Below the pieces are notes generated by a model that was not told where the DNA came from, made no database searches, and saw nothing but the letters and a program-made list of their open reading frames with translations. Below, one piece after another: positions 51,061 through 64,000 of a stretch of 64,000 bases of DNA; position 1 is the stretch's first letter; every line of letters starts with the position of its first letter. The DNA comes from Octopus sinensis (Eukaryota), in NCBI RefSeq assembly GCF_006345805.1, contig NC_042997.1:208196001-208260000 (forward strand), written 5' to 3'. The translations under genes were made by a program, and so were the position numbers.

Positions 51061-51598
51061 AATTGACCATTGACTACACAGTAGTTCTTCCTCCCTTTGA
51101 CAGGTCTTAGCATTTGTCCCGCAGGGTGTCCAACAACCACCCTCCTCACCAAGAAAGTTTGATGGGGTTGCCAGTTTAGTCGCCGACGACCCGACCATGT
51201 GACAGGTTGTATTGGATTGCACTGGGGTCGATATAATCGACTTAATCCATTTGTCTGTCCTTGTTTGTCCTCTCTGTGTTTAACTCCTTGTGGGTAGTAA
51301 AGAAATAGGTTGTATTGGATTACCTGTTACCAGTAGAGCTCAAGAGCGACCTGACATCAACTACAATACACAAAATATTCTAACATTTTTTTATAGACAC
51401 AATTCCTAATACTTTATATTTGAGAGATGAGGAATTATGAACATTATTTACATTATTTACATTTGACGGATATTTGTCCTCATCTTATTGTTAACACACA
51501 TTTCTGCTGAAGTACTCTCCAGACGTCATCAGGTGTCCTGGAGGAATTTCGAACCTGGATTCTCATTCCTAAGCTATTTTCCGATATTATTATTATTA

Positions 51599-51630
<32 letters not shown>

Positions 51631-51631
<1 letters not shown>

Positions 51632-53489
51632 AGTGATCTCTCGCTACTTCGCGGTTCAATTATCGCGGATTCACGATTTCGCGGATTTAAAAAAAATTAT
51701 ATATTTGAACACCTAAAATTTTTCATTAAATCCATTAAAATATTAATAATAAATATTATTTCCTAGTCTAGGAACAACAAAACAAGCGTAAAATAGCAAA
51801 AAAAGCATGTACAGGTGTATTTGAACTTAAGACGGGCTGTGATTGGTGCAATAGAGAGAGACGACGAATCGCAGCTTTCTATTTTGTGATCTGGCCTGTG
51901 GTTGGTGCTTTGATCGATGCTCAGATCCGCAGTATCTTCACTTGTCTCTCTCTCTCGCGGCCATTTCGCTTCAAGCTTTCTCGCCGAGTGGTTTACTGTA
52001 CTACTTTACGCGGTGCAGTGTGTGAGTTTTTTTTGTTTCTTTGTCTTGAACTTGCGTTTTCATCCCCTGCAATGGCTCCTAAGCGAGCTGCTTCTTCCAA
52101 GGCTGGTACTGAGCCTAAACGCAAACGAGAAATGATGACGATCGCTGAGAAAGTGAAACTTCTGGATATGTTGAAGGAAGTGAGAACTTTCGCTGCCGTA
52201 GCCCGCCATTTTAGCGTGAACGAATCCACCGTTCGCTACATGAAGAAGGATGAGGCTAACATTAGGAAGACGGGTGCCATCACCTTTAATAAGTCAGCGA
52301 AGAGAGTGGTTACGGCTCGTAATAAAACTATCATCCGTATGGAAGCTGCTTTGGCCGTATGGATAGCTGACTGCCGAAAGAAGAACATAGCCTTGGATAC
52401 GAATATCATCCAAACAAAGGCTAGGAGCCTGTACGAGACTTTCGCCGCTAAAGAACCTGAGGACGACAGTGGCGACCACGAAGAAGAGGAAGAAGACGAA
52501 GACAACGTAGAAGATCCGCAACCAGGGACGTCCTGTGATTCACAACCTAAAAAACGTCCTTTTTCTGCTAGCAAAGGGTGGTTTGTTAAGTTTCAGAAAC
52601 GCTTCGGCCTAAAAAGCGTTACCCCGCATGGCGAGGCTGCTTCTGCTGACACGAGCGCTGCTGAAACATACGTGAATGAAACTTTCAAGAAGATTATCTC
52701 TGAAGGTGGATATAAGCCCGAACAAGTTTTTAATATGGACGAGACGGGCTTGTTTTGGGAAAGAATGCCGTCGTGAACTTTCCTGTTCAAAGAGGAAGGA
52801 AAAGACTTAGGCTTTAAAGCATACAAGGATCGTGTGACCCTCGTGATGTGTGGCAATGCTGCGGGATTTGTCAGCCAAATTGGCTTGACTTAGGAACAGC
52901 TGGCCAAGCTCTGCAACCTGGCTAAAGAATTGAAAGAGGAGTCACAGGAATGGGACGACGATATGGCTCGTTCTGTGCAATTTTGCCACGAGGTCGACGA
53001 AGTCATGAATCCCAACAAGATGCTCTTTGAACGGAAAAAGAAGCAGCGGCACCAACTTCCCATCACAATGTTTTTGCAGCCACCCTCCCAAAAAAAAAAA
53101 TCCATTTCCTGCTGCTACTACTACGGTTGCATCTTCGGAAGAAGTTGAAGAGGTGTCCCAGGAAAGGGCACCGCCGTCAGTTTCATCACTATCATTTCTA
53201 CTGCGCAGCAAATTCATTACCATCATCATTCAAATTTTACTTCAACTTCTTTCGTGTTGAGCACAGTAAAAATCATTATTTTTTAAAGTCTAAAGTGTTA
53301 TTCCTTAACAGTTGTCCTTGTTATTAATAGACTACTGTAATGGATGGGTTGTTAACAATACAGGGAGGGTTTTAAAAGTCCAAATACACGTTAAATAAAT
53401 ACTGTAAATATGGTGTCCCTACTTCGCGGAAATTCAGTTATCGCAGCAGGTCTCGGAGCCAATCTACCGCGATAAATGAGGGATCAGTG
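51631..53489 (+). mobile_element. Tigger/pogo DNA transposon, internally deleted, inserted at TA within an (ATT)n tract
   Basis: Imperfect TIRs cagtgatctctcgctacttcgcggt and accgcgataaatgagggatcagtg, with TA on both flanks and (tta)n on both sides. Confidence 0.9.
52072..52776 (+). pseudogene. Tigger (CENP-B-like HTH) transposase N-terminal part, ended by a premature TGA; most of the DDE core is deleted downstream
   Basis: MAPKRA…MTIAEKVKLLDML…VARHFSVNESTVR, FSASKGWFVKFQKR, GEAASAD and QVFNMDETGLFW. After the stop it continues with KDRVTLVMCGNAAG and then jumps to a C-terminal segment. Confidence 0.9.
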
Positions 53490-53641
53490 TATTATTATTA
53501 TTATTATTATTCAGGTCACTCCCCCGTGGGATGAAGTTAAAATAATAGACAGGTGTGTACTGGTCTGTGTATGTGTGCGTTTTATATTTAGCAGGATGGT
53601 GCGTGTATATGTGTGCACTTTTGTGAAGCGCACACACACAC

Positions 53642-53684
<43 letters not shown>

Positions 53685-53689
53685 GTATG

Positions 53690-53757
<68 letters not shown>

Positions 53758-54759
53758 ACGCTTCATATAGCATTAAAAGATTTTAACTCTTATTTCTTGC
53801 AATAGTGGAGCGTCGGCACCTTAAGTGACAATTAGAAACGATTAAAGCTTACTTGTTATATTGCGCCTAGCTGTTTACACAGATATATATATATGTGCAT
53901 ATTGTACACGGACACACGCGCGCGCATGCACACATATATGTACATATGTATGTATATTTGTATTTATACGCATATATATATATATGCGTACACAGTGTAT
54001 TCTAGGCCGCAACTGGCCATCAAAGAGCTGCAACGTTTGCTGAACAAATGCTGGCCTATTGAGAATACGTCGTTGTCCGCACGGACACTTTGTGGCATTG
54101 GCCAATGAATAATAAACATTGACCTCTCGGCTGTCTGTCAAATTCTTAATAGATTCGGTCATTCAAAGACCCCTATTTCCCTTCATGTATTTGTAACACA
54201 CACGTACACACACACACTCTCTCTTTCTTTCTCTCTCTCTGATTCGCTCTTTCTTTCCCCACTCTCTTTCTCTCTTCCCCCACCTCTCTCTCTCTCTCTG
54301 ACATTCTCCGTTTTCTAGTCCTTCTTTTCCGCGTTTTCTCTAATTCTTTTGCATTCCCACCTGGATGTGGAAAAGTGTTAAACTGTTATATGTCATTTAT
54401 TGGAGTTTAGATTGTTTATTAGAGGTATATGTAGGTATGTAGGTATGTGTGTATGTAAGTAATACAAACACATACGCACACACACATACATGTATGTATG
54501 TATATATATAAATCTATGTGTGTGTATATATATATATATTTTTTTTTACTTGTTTCAGTCTTTGACTGCGGCCATGCTGGAGCACCGCCTTTAGTCGAGC
54601 AAATCGACCCCGGGACTTATACTTTTTGTAAGCCCAGTACTTATTCTATCGGTCTCTTTTGCCGAACCGCTAAGTGACAGGGCCGTAAACACACCAGCAT
54701 CGGTTGTCAAGCAATGCTAGGGGGACAAACACAGACACACAAACATATACACACACACT

Positions 54760-54828
<69 letters not shown>

Positions 54829-55989
54829 ATACGACAGGCTTCTTTCACTTTCCGTCTACCAAATCCACTCACAAGGCATTGGTCGACCCGGGGCTATAGC
54901 AGAAGACACTTGCCCAAGATGCCACGCAGTGGGACTGAACCCGGAACCATGTGGTTGGTTGCAAGCTACTATGAATAAATAAATAAATATATATATATAT
55001 ATACACATACATACCAGAAATTTATCATTTCAATATGAGCAATTCTAGATATGGCACTATATGCATGAGAATACATACAAAAATTAAAATATGCATACAT
55101 ACATACATGCATACATACATACATACATACATACTTACATACATACACAGACACATACATACATACATACATACATACATACATACATACATACATACAT
55201 ACACACCTACATACATATATACATGCATGTATACATGCATACACACATTCATACATACATACATACAAAAATACTCTCCCGTTGACGTTGAAATTCCAAT
55301 GAAGGACCCTTGGATCTAGGTTAGAAACCGGTTCTTTCTCTGTTGGGAAGAAATCTTGAAATAAAGCTGAACAATGACACACATACATAAATATATATTT
55401 ATCTTTTATTTTTCAGCTGTTTGACTTATTTGACTGCGGCCATGCTGGGACACTGTCATGAAAGGTTTTTAGTCGAACAAATTCAACCTTGGACTTTTAA
55501 GCCTGTATTTTATTCTATCGGCATCTTTTGCCGAAATGCTAAGTTATGGGGACATAAACATACCAACAGCAATTGTCAAGCGGTGTTTTGGGGACAAACA
55601 CAGATGCAAAGACACTCACACAGATATAGAACTGTGTATAGGACGAGATTCTTTCAGTTTCTCTGCAAAATCCAATGACAAGGTTTTGGTAGAGGCCCGT
55701 GGTTATAGCAGAAAACATTCGCTCAAGGTGCCACGCAGTGGGACCGAACCTGAAATCATGTGGTTAGGAAGTAAGCTTCTTAGTACAGAGCCACGATTGC
55801 GCCTACACACACATACACACACACACTCATGTATATGTGTATTATGGATGTTCGTACGTACGTGTGCATGTATACATGCATGCTTCTATGTATGTATGTA
55901 TGTATGTGTGTATGTATGTGTGTATGTATGTATGTATTATGTATGTGTATTTGTATGTGTGTATGTATGTATGTATTGTATGTATGGAC

Positions 55990-57360
55990 ATACTATTGAA
56001 ACCTTTCCTCAGATACATTAAAAGTTTCATTAGAGACGATCTGGACATGTTAGAGCATCTACCAAAAACCACCAACGAAGAAGCTCCATTAGTCTCCTTC
56101 GATGTCATCAACCTCTACACTAAAATTCCACATGACTACGGAATAGAGCCAATAAAATTCTGGTTAGAAGAATACCCTGAAGTTCTCTCGGACCGCATAA
56201 ACCACTTTTGTCATTGAATCCTTGAAGTTCATCCTACAAAATAATTACTTCCTATTCGATGCAACATACTACCACCAAAAATGCGGTATTGCGATGGGAA
56301 CAAAAGCAGCACCTGTCCTTGCGAACCTAATAATGGGTTTCTTTGAATCTACCCTATATGAACTTTCGCTCCAAAAATTTGGACGCCCATTCCACCAGTA
56401 TATAACGGAAAACTGGGAAAGGTGCCTAGAGGATTGTTTTGTCATCTGAAATGAAACCTAGGATAAACTCCTGGATTTCAAATCTAAACTGAACAAGATA
56501 AACTCCAGTATTCAATTTACAATAGAATATAGCAGTGAACAGCTCCCATTTCTGGACATTTGATTATAAGAAAATTCCAACAACCAAATTGCAACTGACC
56601 AACAGACCCAAAACAGTATCTCCTATTCAGTTCATGCCATCCTAAACACACCAAAATAAATATTCCATTCAATTTAGCGAAAAGGATCTGTACAATTGTA
56701 TCTGACACAACCACTCGGGAACTTCGCCTACAAGACCTCAAAATAACACTCATTGAACGTCAATACCCATCCGCACTTAATGACCATGGAATTTAACGTG
56801 CTAAGAAATTGGACACAAATACAGCAAGGACAACAAAACAAAACACCACACCTCACTTTAAATCACTCCCATACATATCAACCCACAACTCCAGAAGCAA
56901 TGAAGCATACAACACAATTATACAAAATCTCCCTCTGCTCATTCAAGACCCGAAAATGAACAACATCCTAAACACACATAAACTCCTCAAATGCAAAAGA
57001 CGACACAAATCACTCAAGAGACTCCTAACAAATGCAAAACTTACGATACCAACAGTTAAAAAATGCAGATGACCTAATTTTGGTACATGCCCATACCTAA
57101 CTGAAGGCTCGGGATTCACATTCCTGCAAGGAGAAGAATTCTCAATTAAGACCAACTTCACATGTGCTTCCCAGAACCTTATCTGTGCCTTAACCAGCTC
57201 AGGTTGTGGCCACAATTATGTGAGCCAAACGAGCCTTACTTTGAGTTGCAGAGCCACGCTGCATAAAGAACAGATTCGTTTTCCTTAATACAGACAGATG
57301 GCCCTGAGCGAACATATCGACAGCTGTGCAAAAAATAAAACGCCGAATTTCCATATCTTT
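55990..57360 (+). mobile_element. Degenerate Penelope-like element (RT plus GIY-YIG), third family
   Basis: LVSFDVINLYTKIP, YHQKCGIAMGTKAAPVLANL and FTCASQNLICAL…CGHNYVSQT. Confidence 0.88.
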
Positions 57361-57465
57361 CCGACGGGAACTGAACTCACGACCTTGTGATCGTGAGCCG
57401 AATACCCTAACAACAAACGCGCCTTCATTACATATACAGTAAATATGCATATATATATACATATA

Positions 57466-57526
<61 letters not shown>

Positions 57527-58250
57527 GTTAATAAAATAGAATATATGCATATATATAAACATATATGTACGTACCTACCTCTACATGTACATATACACGC
57601 ATATATGTGTACAGGACACCAAAAAGACGTCGAACACATAGAGAGACGAAACACATAGACACAAACCAAGGAACAAGACGAGCAAAAAAAAGGGGGGGAG
57701 AGATACAGGACAATAAGCACAACGAAAAATCCCCTTCTTCAGTCGCTAAGATTTCATCTACTAAACGTTTCGAAGGATAAAAGCGAGACGTATACTTCGA
57801 AGAAAAATTCCTTCCCGCGAAAAGCAAATCAATTAAAATTCTGAGATCTTTTCGCAGAGGGGTAAAAAAAAAAAAAGCAAGACGGTAACGACCGACCAGG
57901 GATTGGTCCAGGCCATGTCTAACTTAATAGCACCACCTGATAGGATTATTCGAATCCTGTTTAAGTCAAGTTTTGTTCAAGTAGTGAGTTCTTGTTGGGT
58001 GAGTTGTATCCAGTTTTGTTATATATATATATATATATATATATTGGTAAAAAATGGTAAGATAACAAAAGAAAGAAAGAGACCTCAATATTATGTAAAT
58101 AGAAGAATTTATCTGTAAAATAATATGTTACAATTACTCAATAGTCAAGATAAAACTCTGAGTTTTTCAGATGGCCAGATTACCGAAGAGATGGTGTTGT
58201 GGATTTCCACTTCGGAGATTTTTGTTGACTATTGAGTAATTGTAACATAT

Positions 58251-58300
<50 letters not shown>

Positions 58301-58397
58301 ATATCAGGGTAGCAAAAAATTTAAGAGAAATCTTTTCGCCATCAGCGGTCCAGTGAGAAAGAAAAAATAGTCAACAGACTATATATAATATACATTC

Positions 58398-58785
58398 AAC
58401 AATATTAAGGAATAGCCTTGATAGGCCATTCGACCCACTAGAAAGAGCAGCTAAACTCAAACCGCTAAATAGTTGTAATTCAGAAACCAAAGGTAGATTT
58501 TGAAAATTTAGAATATATATTCTCAAGGCGTCGATGCTGTCGCCTCGTGGATATATATTTCCCTGGCTTCTTTGCTGACGAGACAGGCCAGTGGCAAATA
58601 GATTTAATTTAATGTAATTAAATCGGTTTGCCAATATGTATGTCGAAACTATGCATAGTCCAAAGATGATAAGGGTAAATGTTTTTATTTTCCTTTGGTT
58701 TCTGAATTACAACTATTTAGCGGTTTGAGTTTAGCTGCTCCTTCTAGTGGGTCGAATGGCCTATCAAGGCCATTCCTTAATATTG

Positions 58786-58787
<2 letters not shown>
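58398..58787. repeat. Foldback element of the same family as 39941-40174 (about 95-bp arms, about 200-bp spacer)
   Basis: Arms aacaatattaaggaatagccttgataggccattcgacccactagaaa…aaccaaagg and the reverse complement. Same upstream leader and same agggtaaatgttttt before the right arm. Confidence 0.85.
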
Positions 58788-58852
<65 letters not shown>

Positions 58853-58871
58853 ATATTAGCAGCAGCTGCAA

Positions 58872-58907
<36 letters not shown>

Positions 58908-59495
58908 AAGAAGTACTGGCGGTAGTGGTGGTTTTTCTTGGGCGGTGGGGGGGCATTGTAGTTATAGTCATCGTTAACTGAGGTTGATTATAATGAAAGA
59001 TGATGATGATGATGATGATAAAGAGGAGGTAGAAAAAGAAGAAGAAAAAGCTGAAAAAGAAAGTAGAGCAAGAAAGAAATGACAAAGAGAAAGAGAGAGA
59101 GAGGGAGAGAAAGAGAAAGAAATGTAGGGAGGGAGAGAAAGAGAGGGGGGCGTGAGGGTGATGGCAGACTGGCAATTGCCTTGTCAATCATCGTTGAAAT
59201 TTGGTTCCTTTCTCGAGGAACATTCCGTTGTTGTTGTTCTGTGATTATGTAGAAGTGGACAGGAATTCTTCAAAATAGGTGAATGAAAGATGGTGAGTGG
59301 AATGGAACAGGGATATGCCAGATTAGTGCTGGAGATAAAGAGTTTTTATTAACCTGGGAACCAAAATAAACTAAAACTGACAACACCGAACAAAAGAACC
59401 TTTCTAGCAAATTCTAAGACAACCCTTCACTCTCATGTCTTTCTCATTGTCGAATGTATTGAGGTCTTTCAATATTTTTATCCCCCACCCCCCAT

Positions 59496-61412
59496 AAGGC
59501 GGCGAGCTGGCAGAAACGTTAGCACGCCGGGCGAAATGCTTAGCAGTATTTCCTCTGCAGCTACGTTCTGAGTTCAAATTCCGCAGAGGTCGAATTTGCC
59601 TTTCATCCTTTCGGGGACGATTAAATAAGTACCAGTTACGCACTGGAGTCGATATAATCGACTGAATCCGTTTATCTGTCCTTGCTTGTCCCCTCTGTGT
59701 GTGGCCCTTTGTGGGTAGTAAAGAAATAGGTATTTCGTCTGCCGTTTCGTACTGAGTTCAAATTCCGCAGAGGTCGAATTTGCCTTTCATCCTTTCGGGG
59801 ACGATTAAATAAGTACCAGTTACGCACTGGAGTCGATATAATCGACTTAATCCGTTTGTCTGTCCTTACTTGTCCCCTCTGTGTGTAGCCCTTTGTGGGT
59901 AGTAAAGAAATAGGTATTTCGTCTGCCGTTACGTTCTGAGTTCAAATTCCGCAGAGGTCGAATTTGCCTTTCATCCTTTCGGGGTCGATTAAATAAGTAC
60001 CAATTACGCACTGGAGTCCATATAATCGACTTAATCCGTTTAACTGTCCTTGCTTGTCCCCTCTGTGTGTAGCCCTTTGTGGGTAGTAAAGAAATAGGTA
60101 TTTCGTCTGCCGTTTCGTACTGAGTTCAAATTCCGCAGAGGTCGAATTTGCCTTTCATCCTTTCGGGGTCGATTAAATAAGTACCAGTTACGCACTGGAG
60201 TCGATATAATCGACTTAATCCGTTTATCTGTCCTTGCTTGTCCCCTCTGTGTGTAGCCCTTTGTGGGTAGTAAAGAAATAGGTATTTCGTCTGCCGTTTC
60301 GTACTGAGTTCAAATTCCGCAGAGGTCGAATTTGCCTTTCATCCTTTCGGGTTCGATTAAATAAGTACCAGTTACGCACTGGAGTCGATATATCGACTTA
60401 ATCCTTTATATCTGTCCTTGCTTGTCCCCTCTGTGTGTAGCCCTTTGTGGGTAGTAAAGAAATAGGTATTTCGTCTGCCGTTTCGTACTGAGTTCAAATT
60501 CCGCAGAGGTCGAATTTGCCTTTCATCCTTTCGGGTTCGATTAAATAAGTACCAGTTACGCACTGGAGTCGATATAATCGACTTAATCCGTTTATCTGTC
60601 CTTGCTTGTCCCCTCTGTGTGTAGCCCTTTGTGGGTAGTAAAGAAATAGGTATTTCGTCTGCCGTTTCGTACTGAGTTCAAATTCCGCAGAGGTCGAATT
60701 TGCCTTTCATCCTTTCGGGGTCGATTAAATAAGTACCAGTTACGCACTGGAGTCGATATAATCGACTTAATCCGTTTATCTGTCCTTGCTTGTCCCCTCT
60801 GTGTGTAGCCCTTTGTGGGTAGTAAAGAAATAGGTATTTCGTCTGCCGTTTCGTACTGAGTTCAAATTCCGCAGGGTCGATTTGCCTTTCATCCTTTCGG
60901 GTTCGATTAAATAAGTACCAGTTACGCACTGGAGTCGATATAATCGACTTAATCTCCGTTATTTTTATCTGTCCTTGCTTGTCCCCTCTGTGTGTAGCCC
61001 TTTGTGGGTAGTAAAGAAATAGGTACTTCGTCTGCCGTTTCGTACTGAGTTCAAATTCCGCAGAGGTCGAATTTGCCTTTCATCCTTTCGAGGTCGATTA
61101 AATAAGTACCAGTAACGCACTGGGGTCGATATAATCGACTTAATCATCCGTTTAACTGTCCTTGCTTGTCCCCTCTGTGTGTAGCTCTCTGTGGGTAGTA
61201 AAGAAATAGGTATTTCGTCTGCCGTTACGTACTGAGTTCAAATTCCGCAGAGGTCGACTTTGCCTTTCATCCTTTCGGGGTCGATTAAATAAGTACCAGT
61301 AACGCACTGGGGTCGATATAATCGACTTAATCCGTTTAACTGTCCTTGCTTGTCCCCTCAATGTTTAGACCCTTGTGGGCAGTAAAGAAATAAGAAACGT
61401 TAGCACGCCGGT
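59496..61412 (+). repeat. tRNA-derived SINE whose 3' 184 bp is tandemly repeated 10 times
   Basis: One head (aaggcggcgagctggcagaaacgttagcacgccgg, A-box). The B-box gagttcaaattcc recurs at 59570, 59754, 59938, 60122, 60306, 60490, 60674, 60858, 61047 and 61234. Confidence 0.95.
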
Positions 61413-61853
61413 TTTAATTTCTTTCAATAATTTATCGCAGTTGTTTGCTTTACTGTTTAGTACACGTTACTACTCTATCGCTTATTGAGATTTTATAACT
61501 ATATATATATATATATATAAATTTTTAAGCGATTATCTCCCTTATACCGGAAGAAATCACTCACTACCTCCCCTTATTTAGAAAATCTCCTGAAAATAAA
61601 CACAACGATAACTCCATGCAATATAAACATAACGTCACAAGAAATTTGAAAAGCTACACGCGAAACCGGTAATTTCTTTAAAAATTTTTAAATTATTTCA
61701 TTTTAAGGAAAGGAAAAAAAATTTTTCCAATATTCTCCAGACATTTTGACACAAATATATATATTTTTTAACATTTAAGCCTTCTGTCGTTTTTTCACAC
61801 TTTACTATTTTCTTATATATTCACCCACGTGCTTTACCAAACAAACTTTCTTA

Positions 61854-61910
<57 letters not shown>

Positions 61911-62226
61911 ACGTATGTATATCTAATGTATATTACATAAATGTAAATTTTAAAAGCCATTTGTATTTACTTTGTATACCTGCGCAACGCCAAGGACCAA
62001 TCCCAGGGTTGGATAGACAGATTAAATTTGATTTGGCATTTACAGTCTATGGTATCCTACCAAAACTTGATGATCCCAACATTGCGCACCTTAGTGTGAG
62101 CTCTATTTTATCGAACCTAGCCATTTCTGGCTTCCTGTATCAGAATGTGCCTTGATTCTAATGAATCCTTATAACAAAATTCTCTCTCGCTCTCTATTTC
62201 TCTCTGCTCTCTCTCTCTCTCACACA

Positions 62227-62260
<34 letters not shown>

Positions 62261-62520
62261 TACACATACTCACACACACAATTATATACATTGAAACCGG
62301 TCAATGTACAATGTAGTAAGTGGTATATAAGTTTACATCTGAATTATTTACGCTATTAATAGGCTCTCCCGTTCATACTATGTGCATCTTCCTGGTGTTT
62401 AAATGGCAGTATCGCCTGCTTTTAGAGGACAGCCATATTAAAGCAGTCATAAGCAATACTTTTTTGGTTCGTACACTGCTTCTATCACGAACAGAGATCT
62501 TCTAACGGGCTATATGTATG

Positions 62521-62581
<61 letters not shown>

Positions 62582-62744
62582 TGTGTGTGTGTGTGTGTGT
62601 GTTGTGCGTGTGTGTGTGTGCGCCTGTGTGTGTATGTGCGCCTGTGTGTGTATGTATATATGTATGTATATATATGTATATAAGTATGTATATCTATATA
62701 TAGGTGTGTGTATATATGTATAAATATATATGTATATATGTATG

Positions 62745-62789
<45 letters not shown>

Positions 62790-63639
62790 CTATATATCTT
62801 TCTCTCATTTGACTGCGGCCATGCTGGAGCACCTCCTTTAGTTGAGCAAATCGACCCCGGGACTTATTCTTTGTAAGCCCAGTACTTATTCTATCGTTCT
62901 CTTTTGCCGAACCGCTAAGTGACGGGGACGTAAACACACCAGCGTCGGTTGTCAAGCAATGCTAGGGGGACAAACACAGACACACAAACATATACACACA
63001 CACTTATATATATATACATATATACGACAGGCTTCTTTCTGTTTCCGTCTACCAAATCCACTCACAAAGCATTGGTCGGCCTGGGGCTATAGCAGAAGAC
63101 ACTTGCCCAAGATGCCACGCAGTGGGATTGAACCCGGAACCATGTGGTTGGTTAGCAAGCTACTTACCACACAGCCACTCCTGCGCCTATATATATATAT
63201 ATATAGGCGCAAAATTAGGGGGTTCTTTATACACGAGGGCTCTTTGTACCCGTTGAAATACGGTATAAAAACACGGAGTGTGTGTGTGTGTGTATGTGTG
63301 TGTGTGTGTGACTGTGTTTCCGCTCGCGTGTGTGTAATATGAGCGAGAACCAACGTAATGTTTTGTCGGAATGAAGCCTGAGTGAGAAATAATTGGTTGA
63401 ACAATACAGGAAAAGATGAAGTGTTTTAATAGTTTATTAGTATATTTTAACTGTTTTATAGAAGCAGAGAGAGGGCTTTGGAAACGTATGCGTCGGATGT
63501 GACCAATAAGGATGCATCGAAATTAATGAATTTATTGCAGGGAAGTTTTATTTATCCCTAAGAGTTCAATTACCTGCTAGGACCGGTTAGAATGGGTTTC
63601 CTATTAATTTCTAAGTTCTCTTTTAATTGATAACAGTAA

Positions 63640-63702
<63 letters not shown>

Positions 63703-63719
63703 ATATATATATATTATAT

Positions 63720-63762
<43 letters not shown>

Positions 63763-63943
63763 TATATAATATATATATATATACGCATTGAGTCGAATCA
63801 GGGGCAGCTGTTGAAGGGGAATATTCCTTGTATTGTTTGTCCTGTACTCTGTTTTTTCGTTGTTAAAAAAGTCTGTTTCCTTGTTTGTTTTTACGTTTTC
63901 GTTTCTCGTTGTGTTCTACGTTTATTTGTGGTGTCCTCTACTC

Positions 63944-64000
<57 letters not shown>

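Noticed and set aside
57715-57790. CTGAAGAAG and CGAAACGTT on the minus strand as a permuted hammerhead
   Set aside because: Stem I cannot form, and the homologous copy at about 63800 lacks the core.
59496-59600. tRNA gene
   Set aside because: A- and B-boxes are present, but there is no complete cloverleaf; it is a SINE head.
61960-62160. Possible additional host exon in unique-looking sequence
   Set aside because: Splice sites are weak and no frame has a recognisable domain.

Overview
AT-rich, repeat-saturated animal DNA. The tRNA-derived SINE families, (TA)n/(ATT)n tracts and RTE, R4 and Penelope fossils look like an octopus genome (inferred from memory of the repeats, not from a search). 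The only host coding sequence I can support is two symmetric phase-1 exons on the minus strand (18718-18482 and 10036-9803) encoding a PARP14/PARP10/NMI-type RRM array. The intron between them holds a nearly intact 5.2-kb Tx1/L1-clade retrotransposon: ORF2 is intact, ORF1 has one in-frame TAG, and the element is nested inside ORF1 of an older Tx1 relative. The window opens with at least 9.7 kb of a 115-bp satellite and has a 10-copy 184-bp tandem array near its end. Both arrays derive from the same SINE central domain. The most interesting pattern is a modular SINE system: one shared junction domain followed by interchangeable 3' tails, two of which match LINE 3' ends present in this window (Tx1/L1 and CR1). 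There is also an apparently intact type I hammerhead ribozyme in a Penelope-like terminal repeat (41500-41595, minus strand), several Penelope palindromes and foldbacks, nested Tc1/RTE and Tigger insertions, and a 100-N scaffold gap at 38147-38246 across which CpG decay and repeat content change. All alignments were made by eye and many boundaries are approximate.
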